Assembly: GCA_030603395.1 (NCBI GenBank)
Contig: JAUVXX010000001.1
Span: 104,921-168,920 of the forward strand
Reading direction: 5' to 3'
Origin: a bacterium
GTDB lineage: Bacteria; Patescibacteriota; Minisyncoccia; Minisyncoccales; CG1-02-41-26
DNA length: 64,000 bases
Position numbers and translations under genes: made by a program. Every line of letters starts with the position of its first letter. Within the stretch, counting starts at the first letter, position 1. Of the stretch, positions 51,884-60,914 are shown one piece after another. The notes under the pieces are model-generated. The model was not told the DNA's origin. It saw only the letters and a list, made by a program, of their open reading frames with translations, and did not search any database.

Positions 51884-52302
51884 TAAAATTGCTATCCATT
51901 ACCGAAGTTGAATATATTGCCTTTAGGTTGGCCAGAGAATTAATGACATACAATGAACCGATTCCTGATTTCACCACTCGCTTCCCTAATATCTTGGAAA
52001 GCTGTCTTTTGGTTCCCTTTCAGAGTTTTGCCAAGAAGCCACTTTATAAGGGACTTACCAGCAAGGCGGCAATTCTTTTTTATTTAATGATTAAAAACCA
52101 CCCTTTCCAAAATGGTAACAAGAGAATTGCCATGACTACCTTATTTGGTTTTCTCTACAAAAATAAAAAATGGCTGAAGGTTGACACGAAAGAACTTTAT
52201 AATTTTGCAGTCTGGGTTGCTGGAAGTTCACCTAAAGTAAAAACAGAAACTGTCCAAGCTATTGAAACTTTTCTAAGAACTTATTTAGTAAACTTAAGAT
52301 GA
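51880..52302 (+). CDS. doc: Fic/Doc family toxin (death-on-curing type)
   Basis: Fic motif HPFQNGNKRIAM. 140 aa. Confidence 0.85.
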   Translation: MIKLLSITEVEYIAFRLARELMTYNEPIPDFTTRFPNILESCLLVPFQSFAKKPLYKGLTSKAAILFYLMIKNHPFQNGNKRIAMTTLFGFLYKNKKWLKVDTKELYNFAVWVAGSSPKVKTETVQAIETFLRTYLVNLR

Positions 52303-52970
52303 GACTAAAAAATTTGCCAAAAATCGAGAGACCTCGCGAAAAACTAATCGCCAAAGGTCCCGAAAACCTCAAAGACGAGGAGCTTTTAGCTATTCTTTTA
52401 GGAACCGGAGTGGAAGGTAAGAGTGCCATTGAAGTAGCCAAACAAATTTTGAATAAATATTCCAAAAAGAGATTATTGCAATTAAGTTACGATGATTTAG
52501 CTAAAACCAAAGGCATAGGCTCAGCCAAAGCTTGCACCATATTAGCTGCCCAAGAATTAGTTAAAAGAGCTCTGAAAGTCAGAGATAAAACCTTGCCAAT
52601 AATTCGTTCAACTGAAGATGTTCTTGCCCAAGCTGTTTATTTAAGAGATAGAACTCGCGAACACTTAATGACAATTTATCTTAATGCCCGCAATGAGATG
52701 GTCTGGAAAAAACAATCAACATTTGTTGGAACCCTAAATGCTAATTTAATCCATCCAAGAGAGATTTTTGCCAAAGCTCTTGAACATAATGCTGCTTCAG
52801 TAATTTTGGCTCACAACCATCCCTCTGGCGACGCCGAGCCCTCCCAAGACGATTTAAAGATCACTAAAAGAATCATCGAAGCCGGCAAGATAATGGGGAT
52901 AGATGTTCTAGACCATGTTGTCATTACCAAAACTAAAGTTTTTAGTTTTAAAGATAATAAATTGATTTAA
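52299..52970 (+). CDS. radC: RadC-family JAB-domain protein
   Basis: N-terminal HhH region (ELLAILLGTG). JAMM motif HNHPSGDAEPSQDD. Confidence 0.9.
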   Translation: MRLKNLPKIERPREKLIAKGPENLKDEELLAILLGTGVEGKSAIEVAKQILNKYSKKRLLQLSYDDLAKTKGIGSAKACTILAAQELVKRALKVRDKTLPIIRSTEDVLAQAVYLRDRTREHLMTIYLNARNEMVWKKQSTFVGTLNANLIHPREIFAKALEHNAASVILAHNHPSGDAEPSQDDLKITKRIIEAGKIMGIDVLDHVVITKTKVFSFKDNKLI

Positions 52971-52973
52971 AGT

Positions 52974-54914
52974 ATGGCAGAACATAAACCACAAAAAGAA
53001 AAAATCGGGACGGAAGAAGTTTTAGATATGATTTTTAGAGATGCTTTGGTTAAGAAAAAACTCGAAGAGTTCTTTGATAAAAAGATAGGCGAAGAAGTTG
53101 AAATTTTTGAGAAAGAAAAAGGCAAATTTTTTATTCATTGTTTAAAGAGAGATAAAGACTTTCTGGTTTATAACAAAGATAAAGAAACGGGTAAGCCAGA
53201 GGAAATTGTTCGGCAATTGTGGCTTAAAAGTCTTCGAGATGACTATAAATATCCTTTAGATAGAATCGAATTAGAAAAACCAATCCAATTTGGTGGGGAA
53301 ATAAAAACGAAATTCGCTGACATCGTTGTTTATCAAGAGGATAAAATTACTCCTTATATTATTTTCGAACTTAAATCACCCACTCCAAAAGAAGGGATAG
53401 AACAATTAAAATCTTATCTTAATGCCGAAGGTGCTGCACTTGGTGTTTGGTCAAATGGAAAAGAAAAAGTTATTCTTTATCGTCCTTATCCAAAAGAGTT
53501 TGTTACCACTCTTTCGGACATTCCTCGAAAAGACCAAACCATAGATGATCTTTTTGAAGAGAAAAAAACGCTCGATAGTCTTACTTCCGAATTCGATCTT
53601 ACTGAAAGAATAAAAACCCTTGAAGAATTAGTTTTAGCCAATGCCGGGGTAGATGTGTTTAATGAAGTCTTTAAGCTAATTTACGCTAAACTTTACGATG
53701 AAAAAGAAGCAGAAGAAAAACGAGCTAGTGAAGTTAAATTCCGACTCTATAAAGAAGCTAAGAAAACATACGAAATTATAAATCAACTTTTTCGAGATTC
53801 TATTGATAAATGGCCAGGTACTTTCGATCCATATGAAAAAATAGAGCTTTCATCAGATCACCTTCAAGTATGTGTAGGACATTTGGAAGACATAAAACTT
53901 TTTGGTTCTGATTTGGAAGTAATCGATGCTGCTTTTGAATATCTAATGCCCGAAGCAGCTAAAACTAAAAAAGGACAATACTTCACTCCTCGCCATGTGA
54001 TTAAGATGTGTATTAAGATGCTTAATCCTAAAGATAAAGAATATATTATCGATCCTGCCTGTGGTTCTGGAGGATTTTTAATTCATAGCATGTTCTGGGT
54101 CTGGGAAAATTATCTCTCAGGAGTTACAAAAGCAGCTCAGACAGAATATGCCAATCGTTATCTCTACGGAATGGATTTTGATAATAAAATGGCAAAAATT
54201 TCGCGGGCCCTTATGCTTATTGCTGGTGATGGAAGGTCTCATATTTTTAAACTTAATGCCCTTGATCCCCGTGATTGGCAGGGTGAAGAAGAAGAAAAGT
54301 TAGCCGCTCGTAAAGAACTAAAACCCTTACTTTATAAATTTAATAATCTGACAGAAGATAAGGAAAACGAAAAAAACTTTAAATACTTTAATTTCAATCT
54401 ATTTCTAACTAATCCTCCTTTTGCAGGTGAAATAAGAGATGCCGGCATTTTGAGACAATACAAACTGACTCGGGATAAAAAAGGACATCTCAAAACTAAA
54501 GTCGAGCGCCATCTTCTTTTTATCGAACGAGCATTAGAATTTTTAAAACCAGGTGGGCGAATGGCAATTGTTTTACCTCAAGGGGTTTTGAATAATACTA
54601 GTATGGAGTATATACGCCAGTGGCTCTTCAACAAAGCAAGAATTTTAGCGATTGTTGGACTTCATGTTAATACCTTTAAACCTCATACCGGTACTAAAAC
54701 CTCTGTTTTGTTTTTACAAAAATGGACTGAAAATGAAAAGCTGCCAAAAGATTACCCAATATTTATGGCTACCTCAAAAAAGCCGGGCAAAGATAACTCT
54801 GGCGAGTATGTTTATAAAAAAGATGAAACCGACCGGCGTATTTTAGACCACGACTTGGACCAAATCGCCGAGGCATTTATAAAATTCGCTAAAGAACAAA
54901 AATTTAACTTTTAG
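52974..54914 (+). CDS. N6-adenine DNA methyltransferase (HsdM-like) with N-terminal PD-(D/E)xK-like (HSDR_N-type) domain
   Basis: N-terminal ..FADIVVYQED..YIIFELKSP (D...ExK). SAM motif IIDPACGSGGFL. Catalytic LTNPPFAG. Confidence 0.85.
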   Translation: MAEHKPQKEKIGTEEVLDMIFRDALVKKKLEEFFDKKIGEEVEIFEKEKGKFFIHCLKRDKDFLVYNKDKETGKPEEIVRQLWLKSLRDDYKYPLDRIELEKPIQFGGEIKTKFADIVVYQEDKITPYIIFELKSPTPKEGIEQLKSYLNAEGAALGVWSNGKEKVILYRPYPKEFVTTLSDIPRKDQTIDDLFEEKKTLDSLTSEFDLTERIKTLEELVLANAGVDVFNEVFKLIYAKLYDEKEAEEKRASEVKFRLYKEAKKTYEIINQLFRDSIDKWPGTFDPYEKIELSSDHLQVCVGHLEDIKLFGSDLEVIDAAFEYLMPEAAKTKKGQYFTPRHVIKMCIKMLNPKDKEYIIDPACGSGGFLIHSMFWVWENYLSGVTKAAQTEYANRYLYGMDFDNKMAKISRALMLIAGDGRSHIFKLNALDPRDWQGEEEEKLAARKELKPLLYKFNNLTEDKENEKNFKYFNFNLFLTNPPFAGEIRDAGILRQYKLTRDKKGHLKTKVERHLLFIERALEFLKPGGRMAIVLPQGVLNNTSMEYIRQWLFNKARILAIVGLHVNTFKPHTGTKTSVLFLQKWTENEKLPKDYPIFMATSKKPGKDNSGEYVYKKDETDRRILDHDLDQIAEAFIKFAKEQKFNF

Positions 54915-54925
54915 GGTTAAAAGAT

Positions 54926-55867
54926 ATGTTTAAATTATGGAGTGAAACAAATAATGAGGCTAAAAAATTATTAAGTCCCAATTTAGGATTAAGAGATTGG
55001 AGTCAGCTTAATCAAGAGGAAAAACAAAAGATTTGGTATTATTTAAAACATTGGTTTTTTGGCGAAGATAATGAAACCAGAACATTATTTTCAATCTTAG
55101 AGCTAAATGAGCTCCACAAATATAGAGCATACGCAAAAAGCTCTCTAAAGGATATCTCTCATGAGAATGCTTTTTCAGATTTTCAGGATATATTTTTTAA
55201 TCAAGATCAGCACATAGTTTTTGAACTTATTTCCTGTTTTTGTCAACAAATTTTAAATGAAAGAAAAGATAAATGCGGCGGAATTTATAAACATGAGAAA
55301 GAATCAACTGAGGAGTATAGAAAAAGAGTTACAGAATGGAGACACGAAAAATTTGATAAATTTGCAGAAAGAGTAAATGATGTATTTGAACATTTTGGTA
55401 TAAACGTAGTTCTTGCTCGCAGGGGATTTATTATGAGACAAGATAAAAAAATAACTGAAGAAATTTATCTCCCTGTTTTAAATTTCCTTTCTTCGCAAAA
55501 ATGGATAGAAGTAAATAGGGACCTTGAAGATGCATTTAAGGCCTATCAAGAAAAAACAGAGAATGGATACAGTAATTGTGTAACTCACGGTATTTCAGCC
55601 CTGCAGGCCTTTTTACAGGTTTTAGTGCAAGGAGAAACTGGCAAAGGAGATATCGGTACCTTAATCAAGGAAGCACAAAAGAAAAATTTGGTCCCCAATG
55701 ATAGTTTCTCGAGTCAAATTTTCACAAATATTGAATCAATTTTAATGCAAAAAAGGCAAAAGACTAGTGATGCACACCCTAAAAAGGAATATGCAAATGA
55801 AAAGGATGCTCGATTAGTTTTAAACCTGATAATGATATTTTTGCAACATTGTATCCAACACACATAG
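54926..55867 (+). CDS. Hypothetical protein with Abi_C-like (abortive-infection C-terminal, HEPN-related) region
   Basis: The C-terminal HGISALQAFLQVLV...RQKTSDAHPKKE..DARLVLNLIMIFLQH resembles the Abi_C layout from memory. Inserted between the M and S genes. Confidence 0.4.
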   Translation: MFKLWSETNNEAKKLLSPNLGLRDWSQLNQEEKQKIWYYLKHWFFGEDNETRTLFSILELNELHKYRAYAKSSLKDISHENAFSDFQDIFFNQDQHIVFELISCFCQQILNERKDKCGGIYKHEKESTEEYRKRVTEWRHEKFDKFAERVNDVFEHFGINVVLARRGFIMRQDKKITEEIYLPVLNFLSSQKWIEVNRDLEDAFKAYQEKTENGYSNCVTHGISALQAFLQVLVQGETGKGDIGTLIKEAQKKNLVPNDSFSSQIFTNIESILMQKRQKTSDAHPKKEYANEKDARLVLNLIMIFLQHCIQHT

Positions 55868-55876
55868 GTTATTTTT

Positions 55877-57220
55877 ATGGTCTACTCAATAATCCAAAAA
55901 TCACAACTTGAAGGTGCCTTACGTTTGGATGCTGAATATTACCAGCCGGAATATTTGCACTCAATGGATATTTTAATAAAAAAAGGAGCAAAACCACTAA
56001 GTAAATTAGCTAAAGAGATTGTTTGTGGTCCTTTTGGTTCAGCAATTTTACAAGGGGATTATAAACCCGAAGGCGTTCCTTTGATTAGGGTTGCCGACTT
56101 AAATGATTGGTTTGTTCGAGACGACGATTTAGTTTTTATTGAAAAATCATTAAGTCAGAAAATGGAAAGGTATCAAGTTGTTGACGGAGATTTAGTCGTT
56201 TCGCAAAGAGGTACAATCGCCATGTTTTCGAAAGTTACCAATCGGTTTCCAAAATGGAATATAAGTGCAAATCTTATCTCTATAAAAAAATCAGAAAATA
56301 TTGATTTTAATTATTTGCTCACGTTTTTAAATTCTAAATACGGGATAGCCCAATTATACCGTAGATTAAGCGGGCAGGTTCAACCTAAAATAACCACTGA
56401 CGATGTAAAGCAAATAATTATATTTGTACCTAGCGCCGGAGAACAAAAAGAAGTATCAAATCTATTGCAAGAAGCATGGCAAGAGCAAGAAGACTCTAAA
56501 TCTTTTTACTTCCAAGCCGAAGATTTGCTCTTGGAGGAATTAGGACTGAAGGATTTTAAAATCGAAGATGGTTTATCTTATGTCGTCAATCTTTCTGATG
56601 TAAAATCAGCTCACCGTGCAGATGCAGAATATTTCCAGCCGAAGTATTCGAAAATTGTCCATTCTTTCGGTAAAGATAAAAAGCTACTAAAAATAATTAC
56701 TGGAAGAAAAACTAAAAAGATTAAAATCATTAAAGAAAAGGATTATGGATATATTGAGATTAGCGATGTTGATGTGGGTAGTGGAGAGGTATCTTTTAAT
56801 GTCATGAGAGGTTTTGAATTACCCGCTAATGCAAAAATGAGAATTGATGGCGGTGAGTTAATGGTTTCAAAAGTTCGCCCGACGCGCGGTGCAATTGCAA
56901 TAATTCCAGATAGTTGGAATAAAGATTTTGTAGCAAGCGGAGCTTTTTCTATTTTTGAAGTAGAATCACCTCTACGCGAGTATTTACAAGTGGTCTTAAG
57001 GTCAATAATAGGAAAATTACAGTTAGAAAAACCAACAACAGGAACCTCTTATCCGACAATTACAGATCAAGACGTAGAGAATTTGCTAATTCCAATTTTA
57101 CCTCAGCCCTTTCAACAAAAAATTTCCTCCTTGATTCAAGAATCATTTAAACTACGCCGAGAAGCAAAAGAATTATTAAAACAAGCCAAGCAAAAGGTCG
57201 AAGAATTAATTGAGAAGTAA
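55877..57220 (+). CDS. hsdS: Restriction-modification specificity (HsdS-like) subunit, two target-recognition domains
   Basis: Duplicated architecture with conserved spacers (..IIIFVPSAGEQKEVSNLL.. and ..LLIPILPQPFQQKISSLI..). Confidence 0.8.
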   Translation: MVYSIIQKSQLEGALRLDAEYYQPEYLHSMDILIKKGAKPLSKLAKEIVCGPFGSAILQGDYKPEGVPLIRVADLNDWFVRDDDLVFIEKSLSQKMERYQVVDGDLVVSQRGTIAMFSKVTNRFPKWNISANLISIKKSENIDFNYLLTFLNSKYGIAQLYRRLSGQVQPKITTDDVKQIIIFVPSAGEQKEVSNLLQEAWQEQEDSKSFYFQAEDLLLEELGLKDFKIEDGLSYVVNLSDVKSAHRADAEYFQPKYSKIVHSFGKDKKLLKIITGRKTKKIKIIKEKDYGYIEISDVDVGSGEVSFNVMRGFELPANAKMRIDGGELMVSKVRPTRGAIAIIPDSWNKDFVASGAFSIFEVESPLREYLQVVLRSIIGKLQLEKPTTGTSYPTITDQDVENLLIPILPQPFQQKISSLIQESFKLRREAKELLKQAKQKVEELIEK

Positions 57221-57236
57221 ATTTTATTAAAGAATT

Positions 57237-58694
57237 ATGGTTACAAAAACTAAACAAACTAAACAGTGGATTGACGATGTAGTGGATGTAGGAAAATTAA
57301 ATCTGGATTTACAAAATCCCAGAATACCGAAGCACGTTAAAGAGCAAAATGATGAAACATTAATACGCAACTATCTACTTGAAAAAGAAGATATCTTACG
57401 GATAGCAAGAAGTATTGCTAATGATGGATATCATAAAAGTGTCATTTCGGTTGTGTTCAAACATAACGGCAAGCTTATTGTTTTAGATGGAAATAGGAGA
57501 TTAGCTGCTTGCCAGTTATTGTTAAATCCGGAACTAGCTCCAAACGCTCGAGACAAAAAAGCGATAGAAAACCTTGGTAAAATTCTTAACAAGGAAGATT
57601 TTAAAAAGCTCAAGATTACGATCGCACCATCACGCAAAGAAGCAGAAAAGGAAATTTGGGATATCCATGTAAATCAGCTCCTAAAGCCGTGGCAGGTATT
57701 GCAGAAATTAAGAATGTACCGAAATTTAATTGATTCTGGTGATTATGATATCAAGTTGGCTTCTAAAGAATACGGTGTCAGTTACTCAAAATTTAAAAAA
57801 GAGTTGGGTCGGCTACATTTTTATGAACAGATCTTAGAACAAGTAGACGCAGGAGGAGAGGAGAAATTACAAAAGTACGGCTTTAATGCAATTGATAGAC
57901 TCATTTTGAGCAAAAATGGCGAGAAATTAATAAGATATTCAATTGACGACAAAGGAAATGTTGTCTTTGAGGATAGAAAAAATGCTGAGAGCAAGCTCAA
58001 GAAACTCATTCCTTACATTATTGGGGAAAATAAAATAGCAGCACAAGCCACGCAAGATGATTTAATAGAGAATGTATATTCTAAAATAGATCCTGTAACT
58101 TTTCCTATAAAAAAACCTTCAAAGAAGAAAAAGAAAGCTAAAACAAAGAAAGAGCTTGTCGAAGACATAAAGAGTTTAGCATTGAAAAGAAGGAGAAATT
58201 CACGTAACTATCCGCTTAATGAAGCAGAAGATATAGTTGAGTATGTATTAGTCCATTTTGATGTCGTTGCCGAACAATTACTGGATAGATACGATAATAG
58301 AGAGACATTGAGAATAAATGACGAGTATGATGTACAAGATTTACTACACGCTCTCTTGGCAATGTTTTTTGATGACGTAGCTAATGAAGAGTGGAATCCT
58401 TCCGAGGGGGCTTCCTCTTCAAGGGGAGATTTTCTACTTCTTGATAACGGTACCATTATAGAAGCTAAAACTACTCTTAAAAGAAATGGTACTTCACAAG
58501 CTATAAGAAAAAAACTTGAAGAAGAATTAAACAATGACTTGATGCAATACAGTCGACATCCAAAATGTAAACGAATTTATCTTTTTATTTACGATCCTGA
58601 AAAAAAGATCAAAAAGCATACAACATTTGAAAGGGGAGTTTCTAGTACCAAACTTAAAGACATCAAGGTATCTACTATCGTTAATAGAGATTAG
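57237..58694 (+). CDS. ParB/Srx-like N-terminal domain protein with C-terminal PD-(D/E)xK-like nuclease motif
   Basis: LNLDLQNPRI and LDGNRRLAACQLL (ParB box). Lys-rich linker KKPSKKKKKAKTKK. C-terminal ..YDVQDLLHALL..RGDFLLLDNGTIIEAKT (D...ExK). Confidence 0.55.
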   Translation: MVTKTKQTKQWIDDVVDVGKLNLDLQNPRIPKHVKEQNDETLIRNYLLEKEDILRIARSIANDGYHKSVISVVFKHNGKLIVLDGNRRLAACQLLLNPELAPNARDKKAIENLGKILNKEDFKKLKITIAPSRKEAEKEIWDIHVNQLLKPWQVLQKLRMYRNLIDSGDYDIKLASKEYGVSYSKFKKELGRLHFYEQILEQVDAGGEEKLQKYGFNAIDRLILSKNGEKLIRYSIDDKGNVVFEDRKNAESKLKKLIPYIIGENKIAAQATQDDLIENVYSKIDPVTFPIKKPSKKKKKAKTKKELVEDIKSLALKRRRNSRNYPLNEAEDIVEYVLVHFDVVAEQLLDRYDNRETLRINDEYDVQDLLHALLAMFFDDVANEEWNPSEGASSSRGDFLLLDNGTIIEAKTTLKRNGTSQAIRKKLEEELNNDLMQYSRHPKCKRIYLFIYDPEKKIKKHTTFERGVSSTKLKDIKVSTIVNRD

Positions 58695-58704
58695 TATTAA
58701 AATT

Positions 58705-59559
58705 ATGAAATTTTATTCACCATTAAGATATCCAGGTGGAAAAAACAAATTGGCAAAATTTGTCGCTAGAATTTGTGAAAGAAATAGTATCGATGGACAT
58801 TATATAGAACCGTATGCCGGTGGCGCTTCGGTGGCCCTTCACCTTTTGTTCAATGGGTATGTTTCTGAAATTACAATTAACGATATTGATCGTTCTATTT
58901 ATGCTTTTTGGTATTCGGTATTGCATCACACAGGCAGATTATGTGATCTAGTTAGAAAAACAGAAATAAATATTGATAACTGGAAAAAAAATAGAGAAAT
59001 CCAAAAAAATAAAAAGAAACCATCTCTTCTGAGACTTGGATTTTCAACCCTTTTTCTTAACCGCACAAACATTTCCGGAATAATTAACGGTGGTATAATT
59101 GGCGGGTTAAAGCAAGAGGGAGAATACAAACTGGATTGTCGATTTAATAAAAAAGAGATAATAAAACGTATCAAAAGCATTGCTCAATATAAAAAACGTA
59201 TACATATTTATAATCTTGATGCCCTCGAATTGATAAAGATTATTCAAAAAGGATCAAAAAACTCTTCAATGATTTTCTATCTTGACCCTCCATATTATAT
59301 AAAAGGAAAATCTCTATATGTTAATTATTATAAAGACAAGGATCATGTTAAAGTCAGCGAAGAGATAAAAAGAATTAAGAATTCTCGATGGATAATTTCT
59401 TATGACAATGTTCCACGAATTAAATCTCTGTATCGCGGATTCAAGAAAATAGAATATTCGTTTTGGCATACCGCTAATAATCCGAAAATGGGCAAGGAAG
59501 TATTATTTTTTGATAAAAATCTTATTATTCCTAAAGTTGATAATCCTGTAAAAATTTGA
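58705..59559 (+). CDS. Dam-family (D12 class) N6-adenine DNA methyltransferase
   Basis: N-terminal PLRYPGGKNKLAKFV and catalytic YLDPPYY. I start at ATG 58705 rather than the ORF-track 58627. Confidence 0.85.
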   Translation: MKFYSPLRYPGGKNKLAKFVARICERNSIDGHYIEPYAGGASVALHLLFNGYVSEITINDIDRSIYAFWYSVLHHTGRLCDLVRKTEINIDNWKKNREIQKNKKKPSLLRLGFSTLFLNRTNISGIINGGIIGGLKQEGEYKLDCRFNKKEIIKRIKSIAQYKKRIHIYNLDALELIKIIQKGSKNSSMIFYLDPPYYIKGKSLYVNYYKDKDHVKVSEEIKRIKNSRWIISYDNVPRIKSLYRGFKKIEYSFWHTANNPKMGKEVLFFDKNLIIPKVDNPVKI

Positions 59560-59596
59560 CCTATTTAAATTTAGCCCGAAGCTGAGAAATAAAATT

Positions 59597-60073
59597 ATGA
59601 GAATAGTAGGAGAATTTAATTATAGAAATGCTAAAGAAATTTTAGAAAAGAAAACCCCTAAGATTTTAAATGAAATTTTTGAGATATTAAACAATCCCAA
59701 TAATAAAATTGATTTAATGACTATAAAACCTCAGAGAAATCTTTCTACTCAAGTTCAAAGTTGGTTTGAAGTAAAAAAATGGGAAAAAGAAAAATCATCC
59801 TTCTCGATTAAAGGATTAAAATACGACTTAGTTAAAGAAGATGTAGTAATTGAAATAGAGTTAGGACATCAAAGATTAGTTTATGCAGATTTCTTTGAAT
59901 TTATGGCAGACTATTCTAAGAATTATATATCACTAGGAATAATGATTGTAACTGGAGATCCAAACAAATTCGGCCATACTTGGCATAATTCTTTAGATAG
60001 TACAAAAAGAAAAATTTTAGCTATTAAAGAAACATTTTTAGTTCCAGTTTTGGTTATTGCAGTAGATCCATAG
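59597..60073 (+). CDS. Small BglII-like restriction endonuclease candidate
   Basis: YDLVKEDVVIEIELGHQRLVYADFFEF..ISLGIMIV resembles the D..(E)xE..fG core of BglII/BstYI-type nucleases from memory. Adjacent to the Dam-like methylase. Confidence 0.4.
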   Translation: MRIVGEFNYRNAKEILEKKTPKILNEIFEILNNPNNKIDLMTIKPQRNLSTQVQSWFEVKKWEKEKSSFSIKGLKYDLVKEDVVIEIELGHQRLVYADFFEFMADYSKNYISLGIMIVTGDPNKFGHTWHNSLDSTKRKILAIKETFLVPVLVIAVDP

Positions 60074-60141
60074 ATAATACTTTAATCCTGTGATTCTCTG
60101 AGAACATGGTTCTAATATTGTTCCACCCCCAGAGCTAACTT

Positions 60142-60174
60142 AATCGCCAAAAAGGCGATTTTTTGGTAGAATAA
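60142..60174 (+). repeat. Repeat A copy 1 (also an intrinsic terminator hairpin)
   Basis: aatcgccaaaaaggcgattttttggtagaataa. 32/33 identical to 61651-61683. Stem aatcgcc/ggcgatt plus T6. Confidence 0.9.
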
Positions 60175-60188
60175 CCAAAAGGCGGGGG

Positions 60189-60223
60189 AATTAATTGAGA
60201 AAATTTATGGATATAGATGAAGT
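60189..60223 (+). repeat. Repeat B copy 1 (duplicated 5' end of the nitroreductase gene)
   Basis: aattaattgagaaaatttatggatatagatgaagt. 33/35 identical to 61939-61973. Opens only a decayed 18-codon ORF. Confidence 0.9.
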
Positions 60224-60332
60224 GCCGATAATTAAATACATTAGAGAAATAGATAAAGAATAAAGTTTATATAAGCGATCGGAGATAAAATAAGAAAGAA
60301 ATTAAAGTTAAGTAAAAAATATAATAATTTCC

Positions 60333-60818
60333 ATGGATTACAATATTTTTATAACGAAATGGATTAAACGGTCTGAAAGAAAGGAGACCAAAGATTTTGT
60401 TGATATTGGAGATAAATTTATTTCACTCTGGATTGCATTTAACGCTTGGATGAAAAATAAATTTGGCGAAGCAAAAAATGATAGTGATTTAATAGAAGAA
60501 ACCATTGATTTAAAAGAAATGGAAGGCATCTTCGAAAATCTTAAAAAAAAGGATGATGAGTTTCAGCGACTATTATTAGTGTTGCAGAATTATATAATAG
60601 TAGACATGAGATATCCAGAAGAACAATCTAGAAAAATAAATTATAATGGTTCTTTTAAGTCATTAATAAAATCACTTTATAAAATAAGATGTAATCTATT
60701 TCATGGAAGAAAAAATATCGAGGATAATAAGAACGATAAAAAGCTTGTGTGTCTAGCATATAAAATATTATTACCCTTATTTAAGACATATTTAAAAAAA
60801 AGAGAACCTTGTTTTTAG
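60333..60818 (+). CDS. Hypothetical protein with Rx4H (HEPN-like) motif
   Basis: ..LYKIRCNLFHGRKN.. (R-x4-H-G) near the C-terminus. Alpha-helical, 161 aa. ..SLWIAFNAWM.. near the N-terminus. Confidence 0.4.
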   Translation: MDYNIFITKWIKRSERKETKDFVDIGDKFISLWIAFNAWMKNKFGEAKNDSDLIEETIDLKEMEGIFENLKKKDDEFQRLLLVLQNYIIVDMRYPEEQSRKINYNGSFKSLIKSLYKIRCNLFHGRKNIEDNKNDKKLVCLAYKILLPLFKTYLKKREPCF

Positions 60819-60914
60819 TTAATTTTTAAGCCAAGGAATGTCGCACAAGGTATAAAATGAGATAAATTATAATTAAAGATCTACCGCAAGTATCAATAAA
60901 ATTAAGAGAATCAT

